Of a DNA stretch of 64,000 bases, positions 29,322 through 39,182 are shown in pieces. This stretch comes from Aquificaceae bacterium. Its GTDB lineage: Bacteria; Aquificota; Aquificia; Aquificales; Aquificaceae. The stretch spans positions 640,001 to 704,000 of the forward strand of contig JAXSNR010000001.1 of the NCBI GenBank assembly GCA_037925075.1, read 5' to 3'. How positions within the stretch are numbered: the stretch's first letter is position 1; every line of letters begins with the position of its first letter. Below the pieces are notes generated by a model that made no database searches, was not told the origin of the DNA, and saw only the letters and a list, made by a program, of their open reading frames with translations. A program made the position numbers and the translations under genes.

Positions 29322-30362
29322 TTAAATTATACGCCAGTATTCCTCAAAAGCTATCCACGTCTTTGGAATTATTTCCCTTAGGTTGTCCCACCTTTTCATG
29401 TGCCTTTTTCTCTTTTCTGATGCCCTCCAAAGGGTATGCCCAAAAACCTCCTGTGCTTCTTCTTCAAACGCCTCTAAAGCCCCTTCCAATATAGCTTTAC
29501 CCGCCATGTCTCCTGATAGGACCGCATTGGCTATTCCGCTACCGGTTATAGGATGGCAAAAACCGCCCGCATCTCCAACAAGCAAAACTCTGTTTCTAAC
29601 CAAAGGAAGTAGTCCATCCGCAGGTATCCACCCTCCCGTCCTCTTTAATATCTCCTCTTTCACTATACCTTCTTCTACCACTTCCTCTATAAACCTTCTT
29701 AGGCTTTCCATCACATTAACCCCGTAATCGGGATCAACGCCCACGCCTACGTTGGCAAGCCCTCCCTTTGGAAAAACCCAACCATAACCACCGGGAATGT
29801 AATCCCTGAAGTATATAAGAAGGTCATCAAGTGGCTTGGTGAGTTTCATGGTAGCCTGAGCGGTGGTAAGAAAGTTTTCTGTTCTTTTGCCCGTGAGCCT
29901 TGCTACCTTTGAACGCGGTCCATCTGCACCTACTACAAAGTCCGCCTTTACCGAGAATCTTTCTCTTGTATCTATGTTCTCAAGCCATACAAGACCATCC
30001 TCAAAGCTCAAAAACTGGGTCCTAAGCAAATAAATTACACCCCTATCCTGTGCAAGCTGGGCTATGTGATTGTCAAAGATTTCCCTGTTTAAGACAAAGC
30101 CCTCAGACCACATGCTTACCACTTCGCCCCAAGGTGTGAAATGCACCATGTTTTTTACCTTTTGGGCTATGGCTTCCTGTGGGAAAAACTCCTTGAACTG
30201 GTGCTTTAGCTGTATAGGAACAAACTCTGCACATTGCACAGGCTTTCCTATGCCTTTTTTTATATCCACCACTAGCACCCTTTTGCCAGCCCTTGCAAGC
30301 CTGTAGGCACAAGAAGACCCAGCTGGACCTCCTCCTACTATGAGTACATCAAACCTTTTCAT
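29322..30362 (-). CDS. Geranylgeranyl reductase-family FAD oxidoreductase (LipT-like)
   Basis: GGGPAG, PVQCAE, GADG, GYGWVFPK, VGDAGG..HPITGSGI. Confidence 0.85.
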   Translation of the reverse strand: MKRFDVLIVGGGPAGSSCAYRLARAGKRVLVVDIKKGIGKPVQCAEFVPIQLKHQFKEFFPQEAIAQKVKNMVHFTPWGEVVSMWSEGFVLNREIFDNHIAQLAQDRGVIYLLRTQFLSFEDGLVWLENIDTRERFSVKADFVVGADGPRSKVARLTGKRTENFLTTAQATMKLTKPLDDLLIYFRDYIPGGYGWVFPKGGLANVGVGVDPDYGVNVMESLRRFIEEVVEEGIVKEEILKRTGGWIPADGLLPLVRNRVLLVGDAGGFCHPITGSGIANAVLSGDMAGKAILEGALEAFEEEAQEVFGHTLWRASEKRKRHMKRWDNLREIIPKTWIAFEEYWRII

Positions 30363-30627
30363 GTTTTTTGTTGAAAAAACTTGAAGGCTTAAACCCTATA
30401 CTGTGTCTTCCTTCCACATACATCTCTATACCCGTTTTGGGATTTTTTATAAACCTTCCGCTAAGCTTCCTTATCTTGAAAATGCCAAAACCCCTGAGTT
30501 CAAGTCTACCTTTTTCAAGAACTATATTAACAATCTCCTCAAAAAAACTGTCAACAAAGAGTTTTGCATCTGCCCTGTTTATGTTAAACTTCCTTCTAAG
30601 GCTTTCTATCAGGTCTGCTTTTTTCAT
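30349..30627 (-). CDS. HU/IHF family DNA-binding protein
   Basis: MKKADLI...LELRGFGIF...NPKTG...FKPS. Confidence 0.9.
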   Translation of the reverse strand: MKKADLIESLRRKFNINRADAKLFVDSFFEEIVNIVLEKGRLELRGFGIFKIRKLSGRFIKNPKTGIEMYVEGRHSIGFKPSSFFNKKHEKV

Positions 30628-31054
30628 TCTTTTCCTCCACATAAAAGGTTCTTACTCGCGAGTTCTTACTCGTGGCAACTGCTCTGTCTTCTTTTCTGTA
30701 GTAAATTATCTCTTCTGCTTCAACAAAGTTTTGACCCTCTTCCACCTTTGCTTTACCTTTGAGGGTTATGGTATCCTCTTTTAGGTCATAAACCATTTTG
30801 TCCGCCGAACCTTTTCTGTTTCCCTCCGTGTATCTTACTCTCCCTTCCGCTTCTATTAGCTTTGCCTTTTTGCTTTCATCAAGGTGTATAACCACCTTAT
30901 CTGCTGTAAGAAGTGCGTTTCCTCTGGTTAGCCTCACATTTCCGGAATAAACTATTTTTTCTTTTTCGTAGGTTAGGCTATCCGCTTCACCCACTATGGG
31001 CTGTGCAAAAAGCATAAGAGGTAAAAGGCTTGTAAAGAGTATTAACTTCTTCAT
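30596..31054 (-). CDS. lptA: LPS transport periplasmic protein LptA
   Basis: Signal peptide and OstA-like YSGNV.LTRG...ADKV; lies downstream of lptC/kdsC. Confidence 0.85.
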   Translation of the reverse strand: MKKLILFTSLLPLMLFAQPIVGEADSLTYEKEKIVYSGNVRLTRGNALLTADKVVIHLDESKKAKLIEAEGRVRYTEGNRKGSADKMVYDLKEDTITLKGKAKVEEGQNFVEAEEIIYYRKEDRAVATSKNSRVRTFYVEEKNEKSRPDRKP

Positions 31055-31542
31055 TCCATGCTTACCTTCGCCCTATTAATTATAACCCTCAGGGGTTTTA
31101 GTTCTATTTCAAACCCCCTACCTTTTATAAGGTTATTACCCTGCCATATCTCCACCTCTCCATCCCCCCATATCTTACCTTCCCTCAGGTTTACATAAGC
31201 GGACTGTGTCCTTGCCCTAAGGTCTTCAGACTTTACCTCCACTCCCTGCGTTAGCCTTCCTTCGCCCGAATGTCTGTCTATGTACGCCTGATTAGCTCTT
31301 ATATTAGCCTCCTCCGAAAAAAGCTCCGTTCGAGAAAGCTTAACATCCTTACCCACTACTTCAAGGGTCTTGCCCCTTATGGTCCACTCAATGCCCGTCT
31401 TGCTGTAGGCTTTTATGGTCACACCTTCAAGATGGTTTACCATTTCTTCTTGTTTTTTGTAGGACACAAAGCTATTTACGTATAACTTAAGAGTGTAAGC
31501 AAGAAAGATGATAAGAATACTAAAAAGCAAGCTCCTAAGCAT
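31051..31542 (-). CDS. lptC: LPS export protein LptC
   Basis: N-terminal TM plus beta-jellyroll pattern; kdsC-lptC-lptA synteny. Confidence 0.75.
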   Translation of the reverse strand: MLRSLLFSILIIFLAYTLKLYVNSFVSYKKQEEMVNHLEGVTIKAYSKTGIEWTIRGKTLEVVGKDVKLSRTELFSEEANIRANQAYIDRHSGEGRLTQGVEVKSEDLRARTQSAYVNLREGKIWGDGEVEIWQGNNLIKGRGFEIELKPLRVIINRAKVSME

Positions 31543-32056
31543 AATAATAGCTTATTATCTCCTCCCATTGTCCCCTTAGCTTTAGTAGAAACTCTATTGC
31601 ATCCCTCACCGCACCATGTCCACCTTTTGACTCTGTTATGTAGAGGGCATGTCTTTTTATCTCCTCTGGTGAATCTACCACAGCCATGGGAAAGCCAACT
31701 CTTCTTAGAATTGGAAGGTCCACATAATCATCCCCGAGAAAGGCAATTTCCTCTGGGTTCAGTGAGAGCCTGCTCATGATGTCCTCAAGGATTGGAAGTT
31801 TATGGCTATAGCCAAGATGCACCTCATCCACCTCTAACTCCATTAGCCTGTTGATAAGTGCCTTACTTTTCCTGCCAGATATTACACCAACCTTTATACC
31901 AGCCTTCTGAGCCAGCTTTATACCAAGCCCATCTTTTACGTTAAAGACCTTTATCTCTTCACCCCTTGATGTGTAGTAAAGCCTTCCATCAGTAAGAACA
32001 CCATCCACATCAAGAAGAAGAAGCTTTATTTTCAAAGCCCTTTCTCTAAGGTCCAT
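31535..32056 (-). CDS. kdsC: KDO 8-phosphate phosphatase
   Basis: LLLDVDGVLTDG, FNVKDGLG, GDDYVD, GGHGAVRD. Confidence 0.92.
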   Translation of the reverse strand: MDLRERALKIKLLLLDVDGVLTDGRLYYTSRGEEIKVFNVKDGLGIKLAQKAGIKVGVISGRKSKALINRLMELEVDEVHLGYSHKLPILEDIMSRLSLNPEEIAFLGDDYVDLPILRRVGFPMAVVDSPEEIKRHALYITESKGGHGAVRDAIEFLLKLRGQWEEIISYYYA

Positions 32057-32057
32057 C

Positions 32058-33155
32058 TTAAGCTTTTGCGTAGCTTTCCTTTAACCTTTTTATCCTCCAA
32101 AGGGCTCTGCTATCTTCTGGTGCGATAAGGCTGTATGCTTTTCCGTAAGCTCCTATCCTTCCAGTCCTTCCTATCCTGTGTATGTAAACCTCAGGGTCTT
32201 CTGGTATGTGATAGTTTATTACAAGGCTCACCCCCTTTATATCAAGCCCCCTTGATGCCACGTCAGTTGCCACCACTATTTTGACCTTACCTTCTCTAAA
32301 AAGTCTTAGGGAGTTTTCCCTTTGCCTTTGAGTCATATCTCCATGAAGGGAAACCACATTAAAGCCTCTTCTTTTTAGCTCCTCCGTTATATCCTTTGCG
32401 TCCTTTTTGGTTTTTACAAAGACTATAACCTTTTCAAGCAGGTGTTCTCTGAGTATCTTTTCCAGTTCAGAGAGCTTCTGACCAGAGGAGTTGAGTTTTA
32501 TGAGCCTTTCTTCTATTTTTGGCTTTAGCTCCTCAGTTATAACTTTGACGAATTTATAGTCTCTTCTGAGGTGTTTTTTGGCGAGCTCTTCCACCTCTCT
32601 TGGTATGGTTGCGGAAAATAGGAAGGTTTGCCTCTCTTTTGGAAGCTGGGATATGATCCATTCAATGTCTTCTATGAAGCCCATATCAAGCATTCTGTCT
32701 GCCTCATCAAGGACAAAGTACTTAAGATTATCAAAGTTAAAAAGTCCTCTCATGGTAAGGTCCTTTATTCTTCCGGGCGTCCCTACCACGATGTTTGGTG
32801 TTATCTTCCAAAGCAGTTCAAGGTCCTTTTGTACAGGAGTCCCACCGTAAAAGCTAAAAACCTTAAGCCCCTTGTACTTTGAAAGTTGATATAACTGCTC
32901 CTTCACCTGAAGGGCAAGCTCTCTCGTTGGTGCCATAATGAGAGCTGTGGTCCCTTCCTCTCTTTTGCTTTTTTCTATTATGGGTATGCCAAAGGCTGCG
33001 GTCTTTCCAGTTCCCGTTGCCGCCTGACCCATTATGTCGTAGCCCTTGAGAGCCAAAGGTATGGCTTCCTTTTGAATGGGTGTGGGTTTTTCAAAGCCCA
33101 TATCTTTCAGAGCCCTTTGTACAAAGTCGCTTAGCTGTGAAAAGTCAAAATCCAT
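32058..33155 (-). CDS. DEAD-box RNA helicase
   Basis: PTPIQ, ATGTGKT, PTRELA, DEAD, SAT, HRIGRTGR. Confidence 0.95.
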   Translation of the reverse strand: MDFDFSQLSDFVQRALKDMGFEKPTPIQKEAIPLALKGYDIMGQAATGTGKTAAFGIPIIEKSKREEGTTALIMAPTRELALQVKEQLYQLSKYKGLKVFSFYGGTPVQKDLELLWKITPNIVVGTPGRIKDLTMRGLFNFDNLKYFVLDEADRMLDMGFIEDIEWIISQLPKERQTFLFSATIPREVEELAKKHLRRDYKFVKVITEELKPKIEERLIKLNSSGQKLSELEKILREHLLEKVIVFVKTKKDAKDITEELKRRGFNVVSLHGDMTQRQRENSLRLFREGKVKIVVATDVASRGLDIKGVSLVINYHIPEDPEVYIHRIGRTGRIGAYGKAYSLIAPEDSRALWRIKRLKESYAKA

Positions 33156-33325
33156 TTTCTCCTCCTTTTTATGTCCTATTTAATTATATGCGTTGGTGGG
33201 TAAATTACCAGTATAAGGAAATTCTAATTTTGAAATGTTAGAAGGGATTATTTGAAAATTTGAATGGATGCTTATTCTCTACAGTTTTATATTCTAAATG
33301 TGAAATTACTAAGGAGGTGCAAGAA

Positions 33326-36300
33326 ATGGAGCTTACAAGGCGAAGCTTCCTAAAGGTGGCTGGTGTATCCGCGGGAGCTACCCTTACTGGTAGCCTCGGT
33401 TTTGACCTAAAGCCTGCCATGGCAAGGGTTAGAGACCTTAAGATTTCCAGTGCTAAGGCTGTGAAAAGCATATGTCCCTACTGTTCTGTTTCCTGTGGAG
33501 TTATCATATACACCCTCACAGACGGTGCTATGAACGTAAAACCAAGGGTTATACATGTGGAGGGCAATCCAGATGATCCGGTAAACAGAGGAACCTTATG
33601 TCCTAAGGGTGCAACCATTAAGGATTTTATAAACGCTCCCAAAAGGCTCAAAAAACCTCTTTACAGACCAGCTGGTGCCAAGGAATGGCAGGAGATAAGC
33701 TGGGAGGAAGCCCTTGACAAGATTGCCAAACTTATAAAGGATACGAGGGACAGAACCCTTATAGAAACCGATGAGCAAGGTAGGGTGGTTAACCGATGCG
33801 AAAGTATAGCATGGGTTGAAGGCAGTACCATAGCCAACGAGGAAGGCTACCTATGGGTAAAGATGGGGGTAGCCTTAGGGCTTGTTGCCCGAGAGACTCA
33901 GGCGCGAATATGACACGCACCCACGGTGGCCAGTTTGGCCCCAAGATTCGGAAGAGGTGCAATGACCAATGGTTGGAACGATATTAAGAACGCGGACCTC
34001 ATCCTTGTTATGGGTGGGAACCCTGCGGAAAACCATCCCTGTGGTTTCAAGTGGGCAATAAAAGCCAGACAGGAGAGGGGAGCAAAGATTATCTGTGTGG
34101 ACCCAAGGTTTAACAGAACCGCTGCGGTTTCTGACATATTCCTGCAAATAAGGCCTGGCTCAGACATAGCCTTTATGGGAGGTCTTATAAACTACGTGCT
34201 TCAGAACAAAAAGTACAACGAGGAGTATATAAAGCACTTTACCAACGCTGCGTACATAGTAAAAGATACCTACAACTTTGACCCTCAGACTGGTCTTTTC
34301 TCTGGATACGACCCAGAAAAGAAAAAGTACGACCAGTCGCTGTGGGGCTACGAGCTTGATGAAAAAGGTATGGCAAAGAAGGATATGACCCTTGAACATC
34401 CAAGATGCGTTTTCCAACTTATGAAGCAGTTCTATTCAAGGTATACACCAGAGGTGGTGGAGAAGATAACGGGTATACCAAAAGACAAGTTCCTTGAAGT
34501 AGCAAAGCTTGTAGCAGAAACAGGCGCACCTGATAAAGCTATGACCCACCTCTATGCTCTTGGATGGACCCATCACTCCTTTGGAACACAGCTAATAGGC
34601 TCCATGGCAATACTTCAGCTACTTCTTGGAAACATAGGGGTTCCAGGTGGTGCTATAAATGCTCTCAGGGGGCATGCTAATGTGCAGGGTATGACAGACC
34701 TTGCGGGAGAGGGTAGGTTCCTACCGGGTTATCTTAGACCTCCAAGGGCGGACCAACAAACCCTCAAGAATCACATAGAAGCAAACACTCCAAAAGCTGT
34801 TGATACCTCAATGAACTTCTGGGCAAACTATGGAAAGTTCTACGTAAGCCTTCTCAAGGCATGGTACGGAAATGCTGCAACTCCAGAAAATGAATTCGCA
34901 TACCACTATCTACCCAAGATAGAAAAGCTCATATCTATGGACGAGATACTGGATAGGATGTACAGGGGTAAGATGGAGGGCTTTGTATCTGTAGGTATGA
35001 ACATTCTGGCAAGCAATCCAAACGTAAAGAAAATAGCAGAAGGTCTTGGGAAGCTCAAATGGATGGTTGTCGTAGAAGTTTTTGAAACTGAGATGGCAAG
35101 CTTCTGGAAGTATGTGGATGATCCATCAAAGGTTAAAACGGAAGTCTTCCTCCTACCATCAACCCTGTTTGCGGAAAAGGAAGGCTCTTTTACCAACAGT
35201 GGAAGGGTCATAAAGTGGAAGTATAAGGCTGTAGATCCTCCGGGTGAGGCTAAGGATGAGCTTTGGATAGCTGGTCAGCTTTGGATGAGGCTCAAAAGCC
35301 TCTACAAGAAGGAAGGAGGTAAGTTCCCAGACCCCATACTTAACCTTACTTGGAACTTCCAAAACCCCTACCATCCAACCGCTGAAGAGGTGCTAAGAGA
35401 GATGAACGGCTACGCTCTTGCAGACCTTACAGACGATAAGGGTAATGTGATAGTTAAGAAGGGAGAGAGAATCCCCGGCTTTGGTGTACTAAAGGATGAT
35501 GGAACAACCGCATGCGGTATGTGGCTTTACTCTGGCATTTTCCCTCAATCGGGCAATAGGGCAAAATCCACGGACACATCCGACCCATCTGGTTTGGGAG
35601 TTTATCCCGGATATGGTTTTAGCTGGCCTGCAAACAGGAGGATACTCTACAACAGGGCTTCAGCAGACCCAAGCGGTAAGCCATGGAGTGAAAAGAAGAA
35701 ATACCTGTGGTGGAACGAGGCAGAAGGTAAGTGGGTGGGCTATGATGTGCCAGACATAAAGCCAGACCTCACGCCTGATTATGGACCCTTTATAATGCTA
35801 CCAGAAGGAAGAGGAAGGCTCTTCTGTGCTCCCCTTGTGGATGGGCCCTTCCCAGAACACTATGAACCCGTGGAATCTCCGGTGGAAAACATACTCCACC
35901 CCAAAACACCTTATAACCCCGTGATAAAGATATACAAGTCTGACCTTGACCTGTTGGGCAATCCTAAGGAATTCCCCTATGTGGCAACAACCTACAGGGT
36001 TGTGGAACACTTCCACTATTGGACGAAGCATATATACGGTACCTCTGTTCTTGTACCCAACATGTTTATTGAGATTCCAGAGGAATTGGCAAAGGAGTTG
36101 GGCGTTAAGGAAGGTGATAAGGTAAGGGTTGTTACCGCAAGAGGTTCTGCGGAGGGATATGCCCTTCCCACAAAGAGGATAAAGCCTCTCACCATAAACG
36201 GCAAGAAGGTATATACGGTAGGTATTCCCATACACTGGGGCAACGAAGGTGTGGTAAAGGGTGCCCTTGCCAACATGATAACGCCCTTTGTCTGGGACCC

Positions 36301-36361
36301 CAACTCCCAAACCCCAGAGTTTAAGGGCTTTCTATGCAAGGTTGAAAAGGTAAAAGCATAA
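33326..36361 (+). CDS. fdnG: Formate dehydrogenase-N alpha subunit, selenocysteine-containing (UGA at 33911-33913)
   Basis: Tat signal TRRSFLK and CPYCSVSC...CPKG. QARI-U-HAPTV joins ORFs 33260-33913 and 33926-36361 in frame. LRGHANVQG motif present. Confidence 0.95.
33925..33942 (+). promoter_or_regulatory. Bacterial SECIS hairpin
   Basis: GG-(U bulge)-GGCCA-GUU-UGGCC-CC, starting 11 nt after the UGA. Confidence 0.85.
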
Positions 36362-36372
36362 GGAGGTGAAAA

Positions 36373-37263
36373 ATGGCTACCGTGACCACAGAAGGAACCG
36401 TAGGATTAGGTTTGAGGCGGGTATCCGCCTCCAAATCTCCAGACCAAAGCATAAAGCAGGCTGACCAACTTGCCATACTTGTGGATATATCAAGCTGTAT
36501 AGGCTGTAAGGCATGTGAAGCTGGATGCTCCCAATGGCATGACCTAAAGCCATCTCTAAACGTGGGACAAGGGATGTTCTTTGGGTATCAATCTGGCCCC
36601 GGTCTTGCTCCCAACCTCTTTATGTATATGCGTTTTCAGGAGCATGAAACTCCCAACGGGCTCGTTTGGGCAATAACCAAGTATCAATGCATGCACTGTG
36701 CGGACCCGGGCTGTCTCAAGGCATGCCCATCCCCAGGTGCAATAATTCAGTATGCAAACGGAATAGTGGATTTTGACCATTCTAAGTGTATAGGCTGTAA
36801 GTTTTGTCTTTCTGGTTGTCCCTTTGATGTGCCAAGGTACGACGCCAACAACAAGCCATGGAAATGCAACTTCTGTATAGACAGAGTTTCTGCCGGCCTT
36901 GAGCCCATGTGTGTAAAAACCTGTCCAACAAACGCCCTGCACTTTGGCACAAAAGAGGAGATGCTCATAAGGGCTAACAAGCTATTGCAAGGTTTAAAGA
37001 AGAGAGGTTTTGAAAAGGCTTCCATTTACGACCCGCCGGGTGTAGGAGGAACTGGATACATTTACCTTCTACCTCATGGAGATAAGCCTGAGATGTACGG
37101 GCTTCCAAAAGAAGCAAGCATATCTCCCTTGGTAAGCCTCTGGAAGGGTCCAGTAAAACTTATAGGGTCAATAGTGCTCTGGGGCACGCTTTTGGGTGCC
37201 TTTCTACAGCTTATACTCTTTGGACCCATAAAGGTAGGAAAAAAGCATAAAAAGGAGGGTTAG
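36373..37263 (+). CDS. fdnH: Formate dehydrogenase Fe-S beta subunit
   Basis: CIGCKAC, CMHC..PGC..AC, CIGCKFC...CPF, KCNFC, and a C-terminal TM. Confidence 0.95.
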   Translation: MATVTTEGTVGLGLRRVSASKSPDQSIKQADQLAILVDISSCIGCKACEAGCSQWHDLKPSLNVGQGMFFGYQSGPGLAPNLFMYMRFQEHETPNGLVWAITKYQCMHCADPGCLKACPSPGAIIQYANGIVDFDHSKCIGCKFCLSGCPFDVPRYDANNKPWKCNFCIDRVSAGLEPMCVKTCPTNALHFGTKEEMLIRANKLLQGLKKRGFEKASIYDPPGVGGTGYIYLLPHGDKPEMYGLPKEASISPLVSLWKGPVKLIGSIVLWGTLLGAFLQLILFGPIKVGKKHKKEG

Positions 37264-37265
37264 TC

Positions 37266-37898
37266 ATGGAAGATGTGAGAAATCTTGAAGAAGTTGAAAT
37301 AGAGAGGTTTTCAGCCTTTGATAGGTTTGTGCATTGGCTTACAGCCATACCCTTTGTTTATCTGTTTCTCTCGGGTCTTGGTATGTATTCTCCTAAGTTT
37401 GCGTGGCTACTTCCTTTTCTCGGGGGCAAGGAGTTTTCCGCATGGCTTCATAAATGGGCTGGTGTGGTTTTTGCGGTGGGTGTTTTTCTGATGTTTTTAA
37501 GGTGGGCAAGGGACTTTGTCCTTGATAGCGATGACATGAAGTGGCTTTCTAATGTAAAACACTACATAAAGGGAGAAGAAGAGAAGCTTCCAGAAGCCGG
37601 TAAATACAACGCGGGGCAGAAGCTTTTTGGCTGGATAGTCTTTTTAGGTGGTGCCTTGTTTTTGATAACGGGTATAGTTATGTGGTTTCCTGAGAGCTTT
37701 CCCGCAAACATAGTAAGGTTGTCCATACTCCTTCATGAGATTGCCTTTATTGTGGTAGGTGCAGGTTTTATAGTGCATGTGTATATGGGCACAGTTGGGG
37801 TTCCCGGCTCACTGTCTAGTATGATAACGGGCAAAGTTTCTGCCCTTTGGGCTATGAGCCATCATCCTAAGTGGTTTAGAGAGGTTATGAGGAGGTAA
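37266..37898 (+). CDS. fdnI: Formate dehydrogenase cytochrome b556 gamma subunit
   Basis: RFVHW, LHKWAG, GKYNAGQK, HVYM, HHPKW. Confidence 0.95.
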   Translation: MEDVRNLEEVEIERFSAFDRFVHWLTAIPFVYLFLSGLGMYSPKFAWLLPFLGGKEFSAWLHKWAGVVFAVGVFLMFLRWARDFVLDSDDMKWLSNVKHYIKGEEEKLPEAGKYNAGQKLFGWIVFLGGALFLITGIVMWFPESFPANIVRLSILLHEIAFIVVGAGFIVHVYMGTVGVPGSLSSMITGKVSALWAMSHHPKWFREVMRR

Positions 37899-37902
37899 GT
37901 GT

Positions 37903-38418
37903 GTGAAAAGGCTTTTGCTGACTGCACTTGGAGGCTTATGCCTCCTTTCTTTTTCAAAAGCCCAGGACCTAAGGGCAAGTGCTGATCTTATAAATTCAAA
38001 AGGAGAGGTGATAGGGAAGGCGGTGCTCGTGGAAACAAACCTTGGAGTTCTCATAAAGATAGAAGCTTCTGGATTGCCTAAGAACTCTGAACTGGCACTG
38101 CATATTCACGAGGTTGGCAGGTGTGATCCGCCAGACTTTACATCCGCCAAAGGACACTTTAATCCTATGAGCAAGAGGCATGGTCTTTTGAATCAAGAAG
38201 GTCCTCATGCAGGAGACATGCCAAATGTATTTACTGATGGAGATGGTAAGTTAAGGGTTAATGTGCTTAACACCCTCGTTACCTTGCAAAAAGGTAAGGC
38301 AAACAGCCTGATTAGAGAAGGAGGGACCTCCCTCGTTATACACGCCCATCCAGACGATTACAAGTCAGACCCTGCTGGTCATGCTGGGCCAAGAATAGCC
38401 TGTGGAGTTATAAGATGA
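37903..38418 (+). CDS. sodC: Cu/Zn superoxide dismutase, periplasmic
   Basis: Signal peptide, HIHE, GHFNP, HAGDMPN, RIACGVI. Confidence 0.92.
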   Translation: MKRLLLTALGGLCLLSFSKAQDLRASADLINSKGEVIGKAVLVETNLGVLIKIEASGLPKNSELALHIHEVGRCDPPDFTSAKGHFNPMSKRHGLLNQEGPHAGDMPNVFTDGDGKLRVNVLNTLVTLQKGKANSLIREGGTSLVIHAHPDDYKSDPAGHAGPRIACGVIR

Positions 38419-39182
38419 ACATCTTTAAACAAAGAGAGAAGGAGTACGCCCTTGAAAGGTTAAGGGCTTTAAAATCAAAGCATCCGGAGGCTTCTGAGCT
38501 CCTTGATTTTTATTCACATATTCTTGAATACCAGAAAGAGGTCTATGAAGCCCTTGAAGGAAAAGAACCCAATTGGCGAAAGAGCATGAAGTGGTTTTAT
38601 AAGCTACTAGAAATATGCGAGGAAAAGGGAACAAGTCAGATCTCCGAAAGGTCAAGGGAATTAAAGCAGATGGAAAGGGACAGAGTGGGTGGTATGATAG
38701 ATAAGTTTCTCAAGGAGAAGAAGGCGGAGGACGTAGACAGGTTTTTATTTCTTGCCTTCCTTGGCCCCTTTTATGAACGCATGGCGGAAGGCATGGATGT
38801 GGACAGGGAGGGCTGGCTGAAGACCAAGTGTCCCGTTTGTGGCTTCAAGCCACATATATCCTACATAGCGGACAGGGAAGAGGTGGAAGGTGGTAGGTTT
38901 CTCGTTTGTGTTTTGTGTGGAACCGATTGGATATACAACAGAAACAGGTGTGTGAACTGTGGAAACGAAGAGGACAATGCTATTGATTACTATTACAGTG
39001 AAGAAAATAGGGCTGTTCAGCTACAGTGCTGTCATAAGTGTGGTCATTACATTAAGATTGTGGATATGCGACTTGATGGTCTTGCGGTTCCAGTGGTGGA
39101 TGATATAGCCACGCTTGTCCTTGACCTGTGGGCAAGAGATAGGGGTTTTGTTAGGTTTGAGAGGAATATCTTTGGTTTATGA
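38415..39182 (+). CDS. fdhE: Formate dehydrogenase accessory protein FdhE
   Basis: CPVCG, RFLVCVLCGTDW, CVNCG, CHKC..YIK, DDIAT..LD. Confidence 0.92.
   Translation: MNIFKQREKEYALERLRALKSKHPEASELLDFYSHILEYQKEVYEALEGKEPNWRKSMKWFYKLLEICEEKGTSQISERSRELKQMERDRVGGMIDKFLKEKKAEDVDRFLFLAFLGPFYERMAEGMDVDREGWLKTKCPVCGFKPHISYIADREEVEGGRFLVCVLCGTDWIYNRNRCVNCGNEEDNAIDYYYSEENRAVQLQCCHKCGHYIKIVDMRLDGLAVPVVDDIATLVLDLWARDRGFVRFERNIFGL

Noticed and set aside
33260..36361. fdnG as a split gene or pseudogene
   Set aside because: The stop is a Sec UGA with a SECIS; selC and selB are present.
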